DNA of 64,000 bases, from the NCBI GenBank assembly GCA_016748015.1, contig JAAOMT010000088.1:341663-405662 (forward strand), given 5' to 3'. Below the pieces are notes generated by a model that made no database searches, had not been told where the DNA came from, and saw only the letters and a program-made list of their open reading frames with translations. The DNA comes from Geosiphon pyriformis uo1. Its lineage: Eukaryota > Fungi > Glomeromycota. Below are positions 1-12,836 of the stretch, piece by piece. The translations under genes and the position numbers were made by a program. The first letter of the stretch is position 1. Each line of letters starts with the position of its first letter.

Positions 1-434
1 AGGAGATTGGACCATGTGATGAATGGAGAGAAAAATATGTCAAAATGTCAACAGCTAAAAACCTATGCGGTTGGATTCTGGAGCCCAATCAATGCTGGTA
101 ACAAGTTTGTCATGCTATATAAAAATCACCAAATAAATAGTTATTCAGTTTGTTTAAAGTTTCCAATTTTTCTTTTTGAATCAAGAAACTAAGTTTAGTA
201 CTTCAAGAAGCGTGTGCGATAAAATCCAATTATTCCCAGTTTTCCCGAATATTTGTACTTCGTTATTATTGGGGCAAATCGCGACCTCTAAACCGAAATG
301 ACGAAAGGCTGAATAAACCTCTTGAAGATAGAGCAATAGTAAACCTCTATAAAAGTCTTACGGGTCCTATCCTTGTTGAAAGAATGAGTTGTTATCGGAC
401 CAAGGTTGAGTTGATGAATTTCCGTGTGAGACAT
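1..434 (-). CDS. ARPC1: Arp2/3 complex subunit 1 (ARPC1/Arc40/Sop2, WD40), 5' part; gene continues beyond the left edge
   Basis: Manual splicing of exons 434-362, 287-202 and 114-63 (GT-AG introns 361-288 and 201-115; third intron starts at 62) gives in-frame [70 protein letters not shown], which matches the conserved ARPC1 N-terminus (PNNNEV...[12 protein letters not shown].SNRI). Confidence 0.93.
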
Positions 435-940
435 TCCAGTGTTTTTGGTTAAATTAAAAATAAAAGAAACAAAAAGCTTAGTATTTTGTTTCGGAATCTG
501 CATCCAAATCAGTAACTATTAATTTGTGACATGTCAAAAATTTTCTATTTATCTTACATAACAATTAGCTCTTTGGACGTAAAAAAAAACAATTATCTTT
601 CTAGGCATGTATCATACAACCAAACAATTTCTGAACACGCACCGTACCAAATCAGATCCCAAAACTAATACTGAGTTTCATAATAGGGAATCTTTCTTTT
701 TCGTTTTCTATAATTTGCTTACCGCTGATTATGAATACAAATAGGTTTTCAGTTGCCGAAATGGTTGTGATCATTGTGGCAGTTTAAAGCCACTTTCTCT
801 GCTAACACAAACACCTTTTCACGCTCACGCATTTACTGCAAACACCCACACTCGAGCTAATAAACGTAAGGACTGAAATTATATGTTTGATTTTTGTAAT
901 TTCTGCTCATTTTCATTCAATTTAGGTTACTCCTTGCTTG

Positions 941-1175
941 TTACACCCATAGTGGGAGTAACTTTGTGAAGTTATCTTCACATAAGAGCACTCTGTATAT
1001 GCTGTTGTCGAGAAAAAGTTGGTCGGCAAAGATATGGTCAAAACATAGGCCGCTTCTTTTCTTTGACCACATTGAGAATAGCGGCAGATTTGGATTTTGT
1101 GACCTCCGCTGTGAACACATGGTTGGCAGGAGGTTTGCCATGAACTAAAAAGTTTAGTAATATACCGTCGGCCAT
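941..1175 (-). pseudogene. Crinkler (CRN) effector-type N-terminal ubiquitin-like domain remnant
   Basis: MADGILLNFLVHGKPPANHVFTAEVTKSKSAAILNVVKEKKRPMF, then a 1-nt frameshift to FDHIFADQLFL. This resembles the AMF CRN N-terminus (LxCLVxG...F.V.I....V..LK..IK.KK...FD...AD.L.LWKV); the LWKV motif is lost. Confidence 0.65.
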
Positions 1176-1619
1176 TTTGAGCTTTCGCGTAAAGGAGAAC
1201 GAGCTCTTTCTGTTACGACCGGACGTTTTGAAATCAATTAAGGAGATTGCTTATGTGGATTCAAGTTCGGGCAAGTTTCTAAAGAAGAGCCCGAGCAGAA
1301 TAAATGGAAAAAATCGCACGAATTAATTATATCTAAATAATATGGGACTCACAATTGAGCTTGATTGGGCGCAGCGGATGTGTTGAGCGTTAGAACTCAT
1401 CGGTGCTTTTGTCACGGTTTGGTGCACTAAACAGAAAAAACTCACAGATTGAGCAGATTATTTAACACGAATATAAAATCGTTGACGGTACCCACAAATT
1501 CTGTGTTTTCTTAGTGAAATGAATAAAGACCATTTCTCTGATCCACCTGCTGATGAACTACTACTCTAGCCCATGGCGATAACTGCAGATTGTAGTATGT
1601 GATTTACAAAATATTCGTT

Positions 1620-2615
1620 AGATGTTGTTCCCTGAAATATAAGTTACCTTTAATTGTTATTTAAATTAGCATTATATTATCTTACAATTTTGTCATTCAA
1701 TATTCCATTATTAAATTAATTATTATATTAATTATTATTCTGATTTGTAATAATTTAAAAAATTTTGAAGTTTATATAAAATAATAACAAATATATTAGT
1801 TAATAAAATCAGTTGGGTATATAAATATTAATTACTTGAAATCATAATTTTAAAACAAAATAAGATCATTTACAAGTTATTAATTTCTTTTATTTCTTTT
1901 TAGTTTTCTTTTTTCTTTGATTTTTTTTGTTTTTTAGAGATTTACTGCTTATATTACAAACAATCAATATTCAACCATTTGAGAATTTAGTACAATATTA
2001 TGAAAATATCTGCAGAAGCCACAAAGAAAAACACAATTAGAAATGTAAAAATACTTTAAGAAATTTTTTTGTTAAACAAAAATAGCAAAAAGCTATTACC
2101 AATAATTTTAACATAAATAACACATATAACAGATTAATGCCACTTATAAAAAAATTATCTAATTTTTGCTAAAAGTTAATAAAATTCATAAACTAATTTT
2201 TAAAATTTTAGATTAATAAGATTATTAGTATTAATATTATAAATTGAGATTTATTAATAAAAAATCTTAGATACAAAACAAATTATATTTGTAATTACAA
2301 GAATAATTCTTTGTAACAGTAACCAAAAACTTTTTAATTTTAATATAAAAAATTATTTATATAATAAATTTATTAATAATTTATTTAATATATATTATTA
2401 ATTATATAATTTATATATATTTTTTTTAACAAAATATAAAATAAAAATTGTATTATTTTTAATATAATAATTTTTATTTTATTTAAAAATTTAAGATATT
2501 ATTTTTTAATTAATTTATTTTTATTGTTTAATATGTTTAAATATTTTAAATTTATAATTTTTAAGTTGTTTTTTAATAATATTTACTACATATTTATTTT
2601 ATTTTTTATTTTTTT
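1620..2615. repeat. Heavily decayed, extremely AT-rich repeat remnant at the left edge of the TE island
   Basis: Abrupt loss of CpG and of G+C after ~1620; no family can be assigned. Confidence 0.5.
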
Positions 2616-3066
2616 ATATATTATTATTATTATTATTATTATTATTTTTAAGTTTAAGTTTAATATGTAGTTCAATTACAATTTAATACTATAAATTAGA
2701 CTAAGTAACAAAAATTAGATATAATTTACATACTTTTTATATATAATTAAATATAAGTTTTAATTTAAACTAAATTAACTTTAATCAAAAAAAATTGAAA
2801 ATAAATTTAGTCTATTAATTTTTTTAATAATATTATTTAAATTTTAATTATTAAAAATAAATTTACTAAAAAACAATTTAGTTTTTTTAATATTATTTTT
2901 AGTATTAACATATATTATAAAATAAAATAATATTTAATAAGCTTAAATAAAAAATCTTTCTCTCTTACTCCCAAAAACCCCAATGAGTTTTTTTCTGAAG
3001 AAGAAGTTTTTGTTTTTCTTTTATTAGTATTATATCAATATTTCTTTAACTAATAACCCTTTTGTC

Positions 3067-4959
3067 ATGGATTCAAAGACTGTTTCTAGTAGCAGCATGT
3101 CTAATAAGAAGGCTTCTAAGGGTGTGTTTCATGGTCCTGCTGGTGGTTCTTTTTCACAAAAAAAGAAGACTTCTCTTGGTAATATTAAACACTCTGGTGA
3201 TGAAAAGGATATTTCTTTGAAGTCTGGTTCTAGTGTTAGTATATATTCCGATGTAGAAAGCTTTTTTGGTAATAATGAGGATGTCAGTATGTCTGGTGGT
3301 TTTGATGGTTCTCTCTTGGACTCGGCTGTTAACACTCCCAAGGCTAAACGTGTGAATACTAGTGTAAATTTTGGTTCTCCTAACTTTGAGATGGATGAAG
3401 AGGTAAAGCCCCTTCTGCCCCTTCTTATGAAAAAGATTCCTTTGGATAAGATCTGAATCGATTCTAAAATTATCAAAACTCCTGTGAAGGTGGCAGTTAA
3501 GAAATCTTTTGCCTTGGATATCAATCTTTCAGCTGTTGAAGACAATTCGGCAACAGCGAAAACTCGATTAATCAGGAAAATTTTTTCAAAGATCAATGGT
3601 TTTGGGAGGGCCACTACCCTCTCAAAATTTGAAGGGATCATCGGATCAACATTTACATCTGAGGAGAGCATGGAAAAGGCCGCGTCATTGGCCAGGAAAA
3701 ATAACATTATTGTAAACAGCGATCTTAAGAAACAAAGAATATGTTCAGATCGGGCCATAGTAATCAAGGAAATTCCCATGGACATGCCAAAGGAAATGAT
3801 CATTACCGCAGTATCCAAGTTTGGAAAAATTAAGTCGATCAAAATCCAGTTGATTGGTTTATGGCAAAAAGCTGTGGTAGAATTTGCCGAATTGGAACAG
3901 GCTGTGTCTTTGGCTGCTAAGTGGTCCTTCCTGATTGATAAAGACTTGGTTTGTGTGGCTATGGCAGTGGGCAATTGTGAAACTTGGGCATCTAAGGACC
4001 AGTTCAGAGCACTTTTGTTTACTTTACCAGTGGGGACTATTGCTCATGATCTTAGGGATCTTCTTGAAGGGACTGGTGGAAAAACTTGTATCATAAATTG
4101 GTCATTGGAGACTGGTAATAGGGTCCACTGTGCTGTTGTGTGTTTTAATTCTAATAAGGTTTTGGAGTCAGCTTTTCACACGGAACCGATCCTTGGTAGT
4201 GTGAAACTCTCATGGGCTAGGCTGGATTTGGTTCGCTGTGAACGGTATGGGAAGTTTGGTCATTCTGTCTTGGAATGTGATGCTAAGGTTGTGTCAGCTT
4301 TCAAATCTTCAAAGTCTTTTATAAGGCCTACCAACTCTGATACTCGTCTCCAGCTGGCCAAATTGTATGCGAAGAAAAATGTGCCAATCTCTCATCCTGT
4401 TGCCTTTAGTGGCAAATCTTGGGCTCAAGTGGTCTCAGTTGCTTCAGTCTCTCATGGTTTTTGTGCTGGTTTTGGTTCTGGTTCCCCGCCTTCCAGTGAT
4501 GTGAGTTCGGATGAAGTGCTCTCCCCTCTATCTGTGGTCAATTCTCTTTTGAGTGCTCCCTTAGCACTTTTGGAATGCTTTGTGGAGCTTCTGTCTGAAC
4601 AAATTTCGAACATTCTTTCTCGTCTTGACAATATTGGTTCGGCACCCTTGGCGCCTTCCTCTCAATTGGCTCCTTCTGTGGTAGTTCCTTAGTCCCCAAC
4701 CCCTGTTCTTCTTGTGGTTGCAAACCCTGACTTAGATTTTGACATGGCGGTTGATGATTCTTTTGTCCAGCCTACTTTTTTCTCTCCAGGTATTACCAGT
4801 TTGCTATTGGGTCCGAGCAGTTCCAAAGTCCTGACTTCCAAGGTTGGTGGTCTGGAATCAAAGCTGGTTGTTTTCGACATCTCCATTGGTTTGATTTTGG
4901 CTAAGTTGGATCAGTTATGTGCTGGCTCGGGTTCTTTGATTATTTTTTTATCACAATGA
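3067..4959 (+). pseudogene. LINE ORF1 (RRM-like region plus degenerate CCHC knuckle)
   Basis: ORFs 3067, 3484 and 4714 share one frame, broken by two stops (3454 TGA, 4690 TAG). RRM-like segment AIVIKEIPMDMPKEMIITAVSKFGKIKSIKI...AVVEF; knuckle CERYGKFGHSVLEC. Confidence 0.88.
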
Positions 4960-7900
4960 CCAGTTTTATTTGGAAAATTGCCATGTGTAATGTTAGGGGA
5001 ATGAACAATCCTGCAAAGCAGGAGAACATTTTTCACTGGCATAAGGAATCTGGTAGCTTGATCTTGATTGTTACAGAAACCAAGTTGTGTTCTGGTTCAC
5101 AATCATGGATCATGAAAAGGTTTGAGGGTGTTTGGGTTTTCACGTCTGGTTTGGATGTTGGGTTTCATGGGGCTGGTGTGGCTATTTTTGTGAATGATTC
5201 TCTGGGTCGTCATGTTTCTAAAGTCGAGGAGGTGAAGGGCAGAGTTTTTTCAATTCGCCTTTTGTTCAAGAACAAACTTTTTGTGTCTGTCATTGGGCTT
5301 TATGCCTGTGCATCTGGTGGTGACCATTTTGCTTAGGCTTCTGTTATTAATTCATTCATTGCTGATACTGTCAACAAAAGTTCTTTTGTTGTTTTGGGTG
5401 GGGACTTCAATGAAGACAATTTAGTCAAGGGGGCAAGTCTTAGGAAATGTTTAGGTTTGGGTTTAGTTAATATTTTTGGTGGTTACTCTCTAGCTAGAAT
5501 TCCAACTTAGAACAATTCAAGAGGTGTTAGCAAGGTTTTGGATTATATTCTAGTTAGTGACTCTTTGATCTCAGTGGTTGTGGATCATGATGTTAATTCT
5601 GTCTCAGAATTTTTCAACATGGATCACTTGGCTGTGTCAATGTTTATTGGATTGGGTGGTCTTCTGGATGCTTGTTTGAACAGCATCCACAAGTACACTA
5701 ATAAGGATCACTGGAAGTTTAAGATTAAGGATGCTGATGAGAAAAAATGGGTGCATTTTAAGGACCTTTTTAAGTGTGTGCTTTTGGGTTCTCTGGATAA
5801 GTTCAAAATGGCTGAGGATAGTGGTAACTTGGATGGAATGTGGGAGATGCTAGCTAATGTCATGACTGCTTCTGCTGATAAAATTTTTTCAAGACATTGG
5901 TATAGTGAATTTGATTGTGCTAAAAATAGACTCTCTTCTAAATTTTCCAGGTTGGAGCTTTTGGTTGCCAAGTTATTAAAAGTGCTGAGACAGGATGATA
6001 CTTTGGGCTTTGATCATCTGGCTGACTCTTGGTTCAAAGTTGACCCTTCTGAAGCTTTCAAAGTTTTTGGTATGGTCACGGATGGTGTGGGTTCTGCTGG
6101 CTTGATAAGTCATCTTTCAAAGATTAGAAAACAATATAGAAAGTTCAAATATTGTGAATCTGAGGTGGCCAAAAGATTTGCTATCAGAGATGCAATTGTT
6201 AAGCATATGGAAAAGTTCAAGACGGACAAAGGTGGGATGATTCGGAGCATCTTGGAGCAGTCCTTTCACAAAGTTGTTCTGGACCATTTGGTTGTTGGTG
6301 ATTCTCTTATTTTAGAACCTGAAAAAGTGAAGCTCAAAGTTGATGACATCATGGTAAATTGGACCAAGAAGCAGAATGTTCTTCCTGTCTTATCTGGTCC
6401 CTGGGCACAACAATATGCCCCTTTGGCTTATGTTAATAATAGCCCCTTCAGTCTGGTTATGTGTGATATTACCATGTGTGAGATGTCTTCAGTTATAAGC
6501 AATCTTCCTGATGGCAAAGCTGTTGGTTTGTCTGGTATCACCAATGAACTTTGGAAACACACTGGCTGCTTGGTTTTGGAGTGTTTGTTGTCTTTGCTGA
6601 ACTTTTGTTTGCATTTTGGTAATGTTCCGGTCCATTGAAAAGAGGCCTGGGTGTCCATGATTCCTAAGCCTTATGATTGGGATGGCATCTTGTCGAATAC
6701 ACATCCTATTGTATTAATTGAAACGACAAGAAAGATTCTGTTAAAAGTTCTCTCAGACAGGATTTCTCTTGCTTGTAGTAGGTTTGATGTCCTCTGTGGT
6801 AACAACTTTTCTGTCTTCAAAGGCACTTCCACTCAGTCACCAATTTCAGCTGTGGGTTCAATTGTGGAGGATGTTTTGGAAAAAGGCTGCAAACTTTGGC
6901 TAGTTCTTCAAGACATGTGCAAAGTGTATGACTCTGTCAGTTGGCCTCATTTAGAAGCTAGTTTACGCTGAATCAAAATATGCAGCAAATTTATCAAGTT
7001 TTTTGGCAACATTCACAACAGTCACTTCAACAGAGTCATGACGGATTTTGGCTTTTCTGATGAATACAAAGTTCTTGATGGTTTGGATCAGGGTGAAGTT
7101 TTCTCACCTCTTTTATGGAGAATTTTTTATGACCCTTTGTTATGTGAAGTTGTGAGACAAGATCATTTGTGTGGTTATCAGATCAATTTGAATTTTGTGT
7201 TAAAGACTGGAAGGATTGAGACTAGTGGGGGTATGACCTCTTTTTTTGCGACTGGTGCCTTTGTCAATGACACTATTTGGGTAAGTAATAGGCAAGCCTT
7301 TACACAGCACATTCTTAATGTGGCCAGCGAGTTTTTTCTCATCAATAACATTAACATAAACAACAAAAAGACAGTTGCCATTCCTATTAACAAAAAAGTG
7401 GGGGTTTCTGTTTTATCCATCAATGGCCAGGCTATTGCTGTTGCCAATCCTAGTGTAAGTTATCAATATTTGGGTATTTTCTTGTCCATTGATGGTTTGT
7501 CTAAGCCGAGTCTTACCAAAGCCAATTCAGATATTAGGTTCTTCTCAAATATGGTTATCCAGAAGGCTGTCTCTGATAAACAATTTTCTTATCTGGTTTT
7601 AGCTGTTTTGCAGTCCATAGTCAGTTATCGAATGCAGTTTAGTTTTGTTTTCAAAGCTGTTTGTCTAAAATGAGACGTTCTGATTAGAAGAGGTCTTAGG
7701 TCAAAAGCCAATTTGCCGAGAGACTTTCCCAATGAGGCATTGCACCATCCCTTTCTTTATGGGCTGAAATCTTTTGAACAGTTGCAAGCTGAATGCAAGA
7801 CAGCTTCTATTGTGCAGTTTGCAAATTCTTCTAGAATTCTTGGCTGACTGTTTGAACATCAAATTTTGGATTTGCAGGTTTTGTGTTGGGCTCCATTGAA

Positions 7901-9641
7901 TCCTCTGCAATATCCTGTTAAGCTAAGAGTGAACACTTCAAACAATTTTTTAGCGGGTGTGGTTCGTATATTTCTTGACAACAAGCTGTCTTTGGATAAC
8001 AGGATTCCCTGTGCCTTTTGCTCTCCTGGCCATTTTCCTATGTCATTGGTATTGGGTGATTTTTTGTATTTCAATGTGGTTTGCTCCTTGAAGATTGCTG
8101 ATGTGGCATATGATGACCAACTTCTGGACAAAAATAGTTTTATTGTTAGTTGGTGTACATTTTGCCAATGGAAAAAACTTGGTTCTAAAGGCCCCATGCC
8201 TTTATGGTTTTTGAAGACCTCTGCTTACTTGAGTAATTGTTTGCATGCTCCCCTTCCCACGAGTTTAGCTTCTGTCTGTGCTAGTGTTTTGGATTCAACA
8301 TCTTTTGCCAACATTCGTGAAAAGATTCATGGATTGTGGACTGATGAGATTGATGTTTATACTGACAGTTCTCTTAGAAGTTTGGGTATGTTTCAGGTGG
8401 CGTGTGGTGCTGCCATTTATTTTCCTGGCTTGAACAAAGATTTAGGAGTGGAGGTACGTGGTGTGCTGTCTTCAACCCTGGCTGAATTACAGGCTGTTGT
8501 CCTGACTTTGGAGTGCATTCCCGCCTCTGTTTCAGTGGCTTTGTACACGAATAGTCAAGCAGTTATCGATGCATGTGTGGCTGAATTGGGTCTGTTACAG
8601 CCAGATTGTCGCAATAGTTGCTGGATAGAAAGGCGTCATGTAGTTAATTTGATTGAATCCAAAGATCTGACTGTCCACTGAATCAAGGTCAAAAGTCATG
8701 CTGGCATTGTTGGTAATATTTTGGCTGACATTCTTGCTGAACAGGCTGCACACTCTGGAGTCTTTCTCCCTGCCAGGATTAATTGTAGATATGTGGTTGC
8801 TAATGGCAGGCCAGTTTCCAGTAATGCCCACCATTTTGTACATGACATTTTTCATTCTATTTGCAAGTTTCAGTGGGAGGTGGGTCCTGGCCAAGGGATT
8901 GTGTCTTGTTTATTTGGTCTGGTTGTCAATTGGAATAGTACTACTCTAGTTTGGCACCCTGACTTTCATATGCTCTTTGGGAGTACATGTCGAGCCACTG
9001 CTGCTCTTCATACGTACTTCATGAAAGCTGTTCATTTCAGGTTGCCTGTTGTTATTCAAAAGAGGTTGTATAATAAGGATTATCCTGGTGTGTCTTGTCT
9101 GTTTTGTGGTAATGTGAAACTCCCAGATCATGGTTTTACTTGTGTTAAGGATGCTTCTGTGTAGTCAGATATTTTGGGTGATTTTGGTGGTTTGTGGAGA
9201 ACTCTGATGGGTCCTAATCTACTGTCGCCATCTTTTGTACTGCAAGATCTCTCTCTGGGAGTGTCTGATGTTGGGTTGTATTCGGTTTTTTGCAAGGGAT
9301 TTGTTCTCAAGAGTTGGATGGATGAGACCACTGCTTCTTTCAGTGACAAGAAAAAAGCGGCTGTTGTGGTGGTGGATTTTGTTTGTCGTTTGGCTAAGAG
9401 TTATAGAACAAACCTCTGGCTCTTTAGAACTAAGTTCAGATCTGACATGGAAAGAAGTGATTTGATTGGTGATGATGTTATTGTGGCCAGTGCTCTTGGT
9501 GTGGGTGCTCCACCTCTCTCAGCTGGCATGGTCCGCCTTATTAGTATACTAGATTCTTTTGACGTCGGTTTCGGTTTTAGGGGTAGGTTCTCGTTTTTGT
9601 CTGGTGCTGTTCATAGAGTTAGTGTTTTGATAAGTGCATAG
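4956..9641 (+). pseudogene. LINE ORF2: AP endonuclease, reverse transcriptase, RNase H, C-terminal CCHC
   Basis: One frame with 8 stops. APE motifs CNVRGMN, ETKL, GGDFN, DYIL, DH; RT motifs IPKP, GLDQGEVFSPLLW, AFV(N/D)DT, YLGI; RNase H motifs VYTDSS, ELQAV, KVKSH..IVGNILAD; zinc knuckle CLFCGNVKLPDHGFTC. The ATG overlaps the ORF1 stop (ATGA, 4956-4959). Confidence 0.95.
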
Positions 9642-10853
9642 TATTGCCTTGATTGGCTTAAGTGGCCAGTCATATGTAGCAAATACATGAACCATGTTTA
9701 GTTGGCTACTTTTTTTTGTAACTTATTCTAGATTTTGGTTGGGCTGCACTCGTTAATAAATAAATAAATAAAAATAAAATAAAATAAAATAATTATATGT
9801 TTAATAGTGTTTTTACTTAAAAAAAAAGTTTTAATAGTTAAAATTTTATTATAATATATATGACCAAATTTTATTTTAAATTTAAAACAGACAATATTCT
9901 TAAAAATACCAACCAAAAAATTAACAAAATTATTAAAAACAGATATTATAAAAAACAAATTTTTTTCTATTTAAAATTTTTGTATGTATTTTTATTTAGA
10001 AAAATAAAAACCAAAATAACCAAAAAACTAATAAACTTTATAACAAACTTAACAAAGTAATTAAGCTTGAAATTTGAAATTCAAAAATTTAATTTAAATT
10101 TAAAGCAAGATTAATAACAAAAATAACCAAAAAAAAACAAAAAAAAAGCCAAAAAAACAAAAACCATAATATAAAATTTATTATTAACAAAAAATAACAC
10201 AAAAAATTTGAAATTAACAATAAACTTAATAAATAATTTAAGAGAAAGAAACAATAATACTTTATAGTTAACAAACAAATAATCTAAATTTTAATACTTA
10301 TAACAATAATAATATTTAAAAGTTTTTTACCAAAAATAATATTTGTATAAAGTACTAGTTTTTATAATAATTAGATACAAAAATTTATAAAACTTAAATA
10401 TTATAACAGTAAAGTATTAATAACAATAAAAATTAGAGAAATAAAAATAAAACAAATATAATTATTAACTTAAAAAATTATATCACTAATTTTAAAAGCA
10501 ATATAACCAAAAAAAAATTGATTAATTTAATTTTAAAATTGTTTTTTAAAGTAATAATTTTTTTTGATTGAATAAAAAAAAAATTCTAACATTATTTTTT
10601 TAATTAGCACAAACTAATTATTAAAAGTAGCAACAATAAATAAAAAGTTCTTAAAATTAACAACAGTATATTATTACAAATTAAGAAAAAAAAATTTGTA
10701 ATTTTAAGTACTAATTAAGAAAAAAAAACTATTTATAACAATATTATTAATAATAATTAAAAAGATTTTAGAAGCAAAATTTATATAAATAAATTTAATA
10801 TTGTTTTTTAAAACTGACTTAAGCTTAACAAAGCCAAATATTAAATAAAACAG

Positions 10854-11679
10854 TATTATGATTTAAGAATTTAGCAAAAGAATTATAAAATAATATAAAT
10901 TATCCAATCATAATATAGTACAGTAATAATCCTAAAAAAATAATGATTAATATAATAGCAAGCACCAACTGATAATAGTGGTCAACACTAACTAGTAATA
11001 GTGACCAATACCAACTGATAATAGTAATAAACACCAGGTTGAAATACCAAAAAAAAATTATTACAATGTGTTTTCTTGTAAAACTACAAACATGTATATA
11101 TACAGTAGCTTTAATATTGAGAAAAACAATATCATCTAACAAAATTATTATCTTCTAGTCTTTACTTTTAAAAATAAATATTCACAAAAACCTTTAATTA
11201 AAAAAAAACGAAATAGAATATTAAAAACTGAATCTAATGTGTTAAGAAACTTACTTGTATTATTTATTGAATAAAACTATCATTCATTAGCTGAATCTCT
11301 TGGAAGAATAATTTCTAATTAAGATTATTCATGTTGTTACTAATTGATAAAAGCTTTATTGTGAGAATTAGGAAAAGTGCTAAAGACCATTAACATTCTG
11401 TATTTTTAGATTAGAAAAACACATTAAGCAATTGCAAAGATAGTCTTAGAAAAAACTCCAGACAGCAGATAGATTTCAGTTCAGCCTCTGAGAAGGAGTA
11501 CATAAATATACACAACAATTAGGAATTAAGAAATAACTTACATCATGATATTAAAGAAAAAGCCTTTAGTATAACAGTAACATTATTACACAAATAGAAT
11601 TAAGAAACTTACAAGAGATTGATTGCAATTAAAATAAGATATTGGCAATTAAATATACCAAGAAAACCATTCTGTAACA
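10854..11679. mobile_element. Solo LTR with 4-bp TSD ACAG
   Basis: Termini TATTA(TGTTA)...GTAACA; ACAG at 10850-10853 and 11680-11683; removing it restores collinearity with the homologous host sequence at ~24290-24330. Confidence 0.8.
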
Positions 11680-12272
11680 ACAGATAATTAACTAAGACCA
11701 ATTTAATTTTAAACATAATATTAAACATTAAAATAAAAACTATTTATTTAGAAAACTTTTAACAATTAGAAATTATTTTTTAAACATTATTAAAAACAGT
11801 ATCAAAAAACAAAAAACAAAAAATTAATTTGGTTTTTATTTGATTAGTCTAATTCTTAAAATTAAATAACTTAATAGATTATTTTGTTTTTAAAATTAGT
11901 AATAATCTGTTAAAAGACATTATATTTAATAATACAACTAATAATTGATTTTAACTTATCTTAAAAAATATGCTATTGTTATTATTATTTATATTAAAAA
12001 AAGAGCTGGTTGTTATTAAAGAGATTTTATCTGAAATTACAAAAAAGTTTAATATAATAATAGCAAATATAAATAATTACTACTGTTTTTTTGAATCTTT
12101 GGCTTTTTTGACTATTTGTAAAAAATAATATTATTATTAATAATAAAAACAAAAAAACCAACTTGTTAATTAATTTATTGTTGAAAACCTTAAAGTTCTT
12201 AAAAAAAGTAAAAACAATATTAGAACTAATTTAAATATATTGTTATTTAAATAAAAAAACTGATTAAAAATT

Positions 12273-12836
12273 TATTAAAAAATTATGTTTAATATATAAT
12301 AATATAAAATAATACATAATAACATAAAATAATACATGATAATATAAAATAACACAAAATAATTAACAATAATATAGAATAATTATTTATAATATAAAAA
12401 AACAAAACAATAATTAATGATAACAAGCAATTAAAAACAATTTTATAAAACTAAAAAATATGTATAAAAATAAATAGTTGTAACAAACAAAAAGAACAGA
12501 ATTAAATTTATTTCAATTTATTTAAAAAAACCTTAAACCAATCTTTTCTATTATTTGTTTATATATTTTACTACTTAAATAAAAATAATATTATTTTTTT
12601 TAATCTTATAATTCTAAACTTATTATTAAAAATTAAATTTTTTATAATTATTTACTTTTATTTCAGACCAAATATAATTAATATAATGTTTTTAAAATTT
12701 TAAAAACAACTTAAACTAATTATTCTTGATTATAATAATTAATAATATACTAATTTTTTTCTTTATTTTCATTTTTTTTTCTTTTAAGAAGTAATAATAA
12801 TGGAAATTAATTGTTTTGGGATTAAATTTTATAATA
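12273..12836. mobile_element. Possible degenerate solo LTR or other insertion in half-LINE copy A
   Basis: Interrupts homology with copy B; TATTA...ATAATA-like ends and short internal tandem repeats; TSD ambiguous. Confidence 0.3.

Larger units (their letters stand above)
2956..9790 (+). mobile_element. Full-length non-LTR retrotransposon (LINE; ORF1 + APE-RT-RNase H ORF2), inactivated by nonsense mutations
   Basis: Two long collinear frames, a 3' UTR and a (TAAA)n/(TAAAA)n tail at ~9754-9790. 5' boundary is approximate. Confidence 0.95.

Noticed and set aside
202-287. Suspected frameshift making ARPC1 a pseudogene
   Set aside because: On recount exon 2 is 86 nt and in frame ([16 protein letters not shown]).
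3129-3974. 281-aa antisense ORF as an independent gene
   Set aside because: Shadow of LINE ORF1 with no recognisable domain; kept only as a note in the CpG-patch finding.
3067-9641. Alternative genetic code or stop-codon readthrough explaining the in-frame stops
   Set aside because: Stops of more than one type replace Trp, Gln and Arg only in TEs, alongside many missense G>A/C>T changes; host genes use the standard code without internal stops.
2930-9810. Target-site duplication for the full-length LINE
   Set aside because: Flanks are A/T-rich and merge with the tail; no unambiguous TSD.
9728-11142. Hydrophobic or Lys/Asn-rich short ORFs (9728, 9860, 10089, 10900)
   Set aside because: Compositional artefacts of AT-decayed TE sequence.
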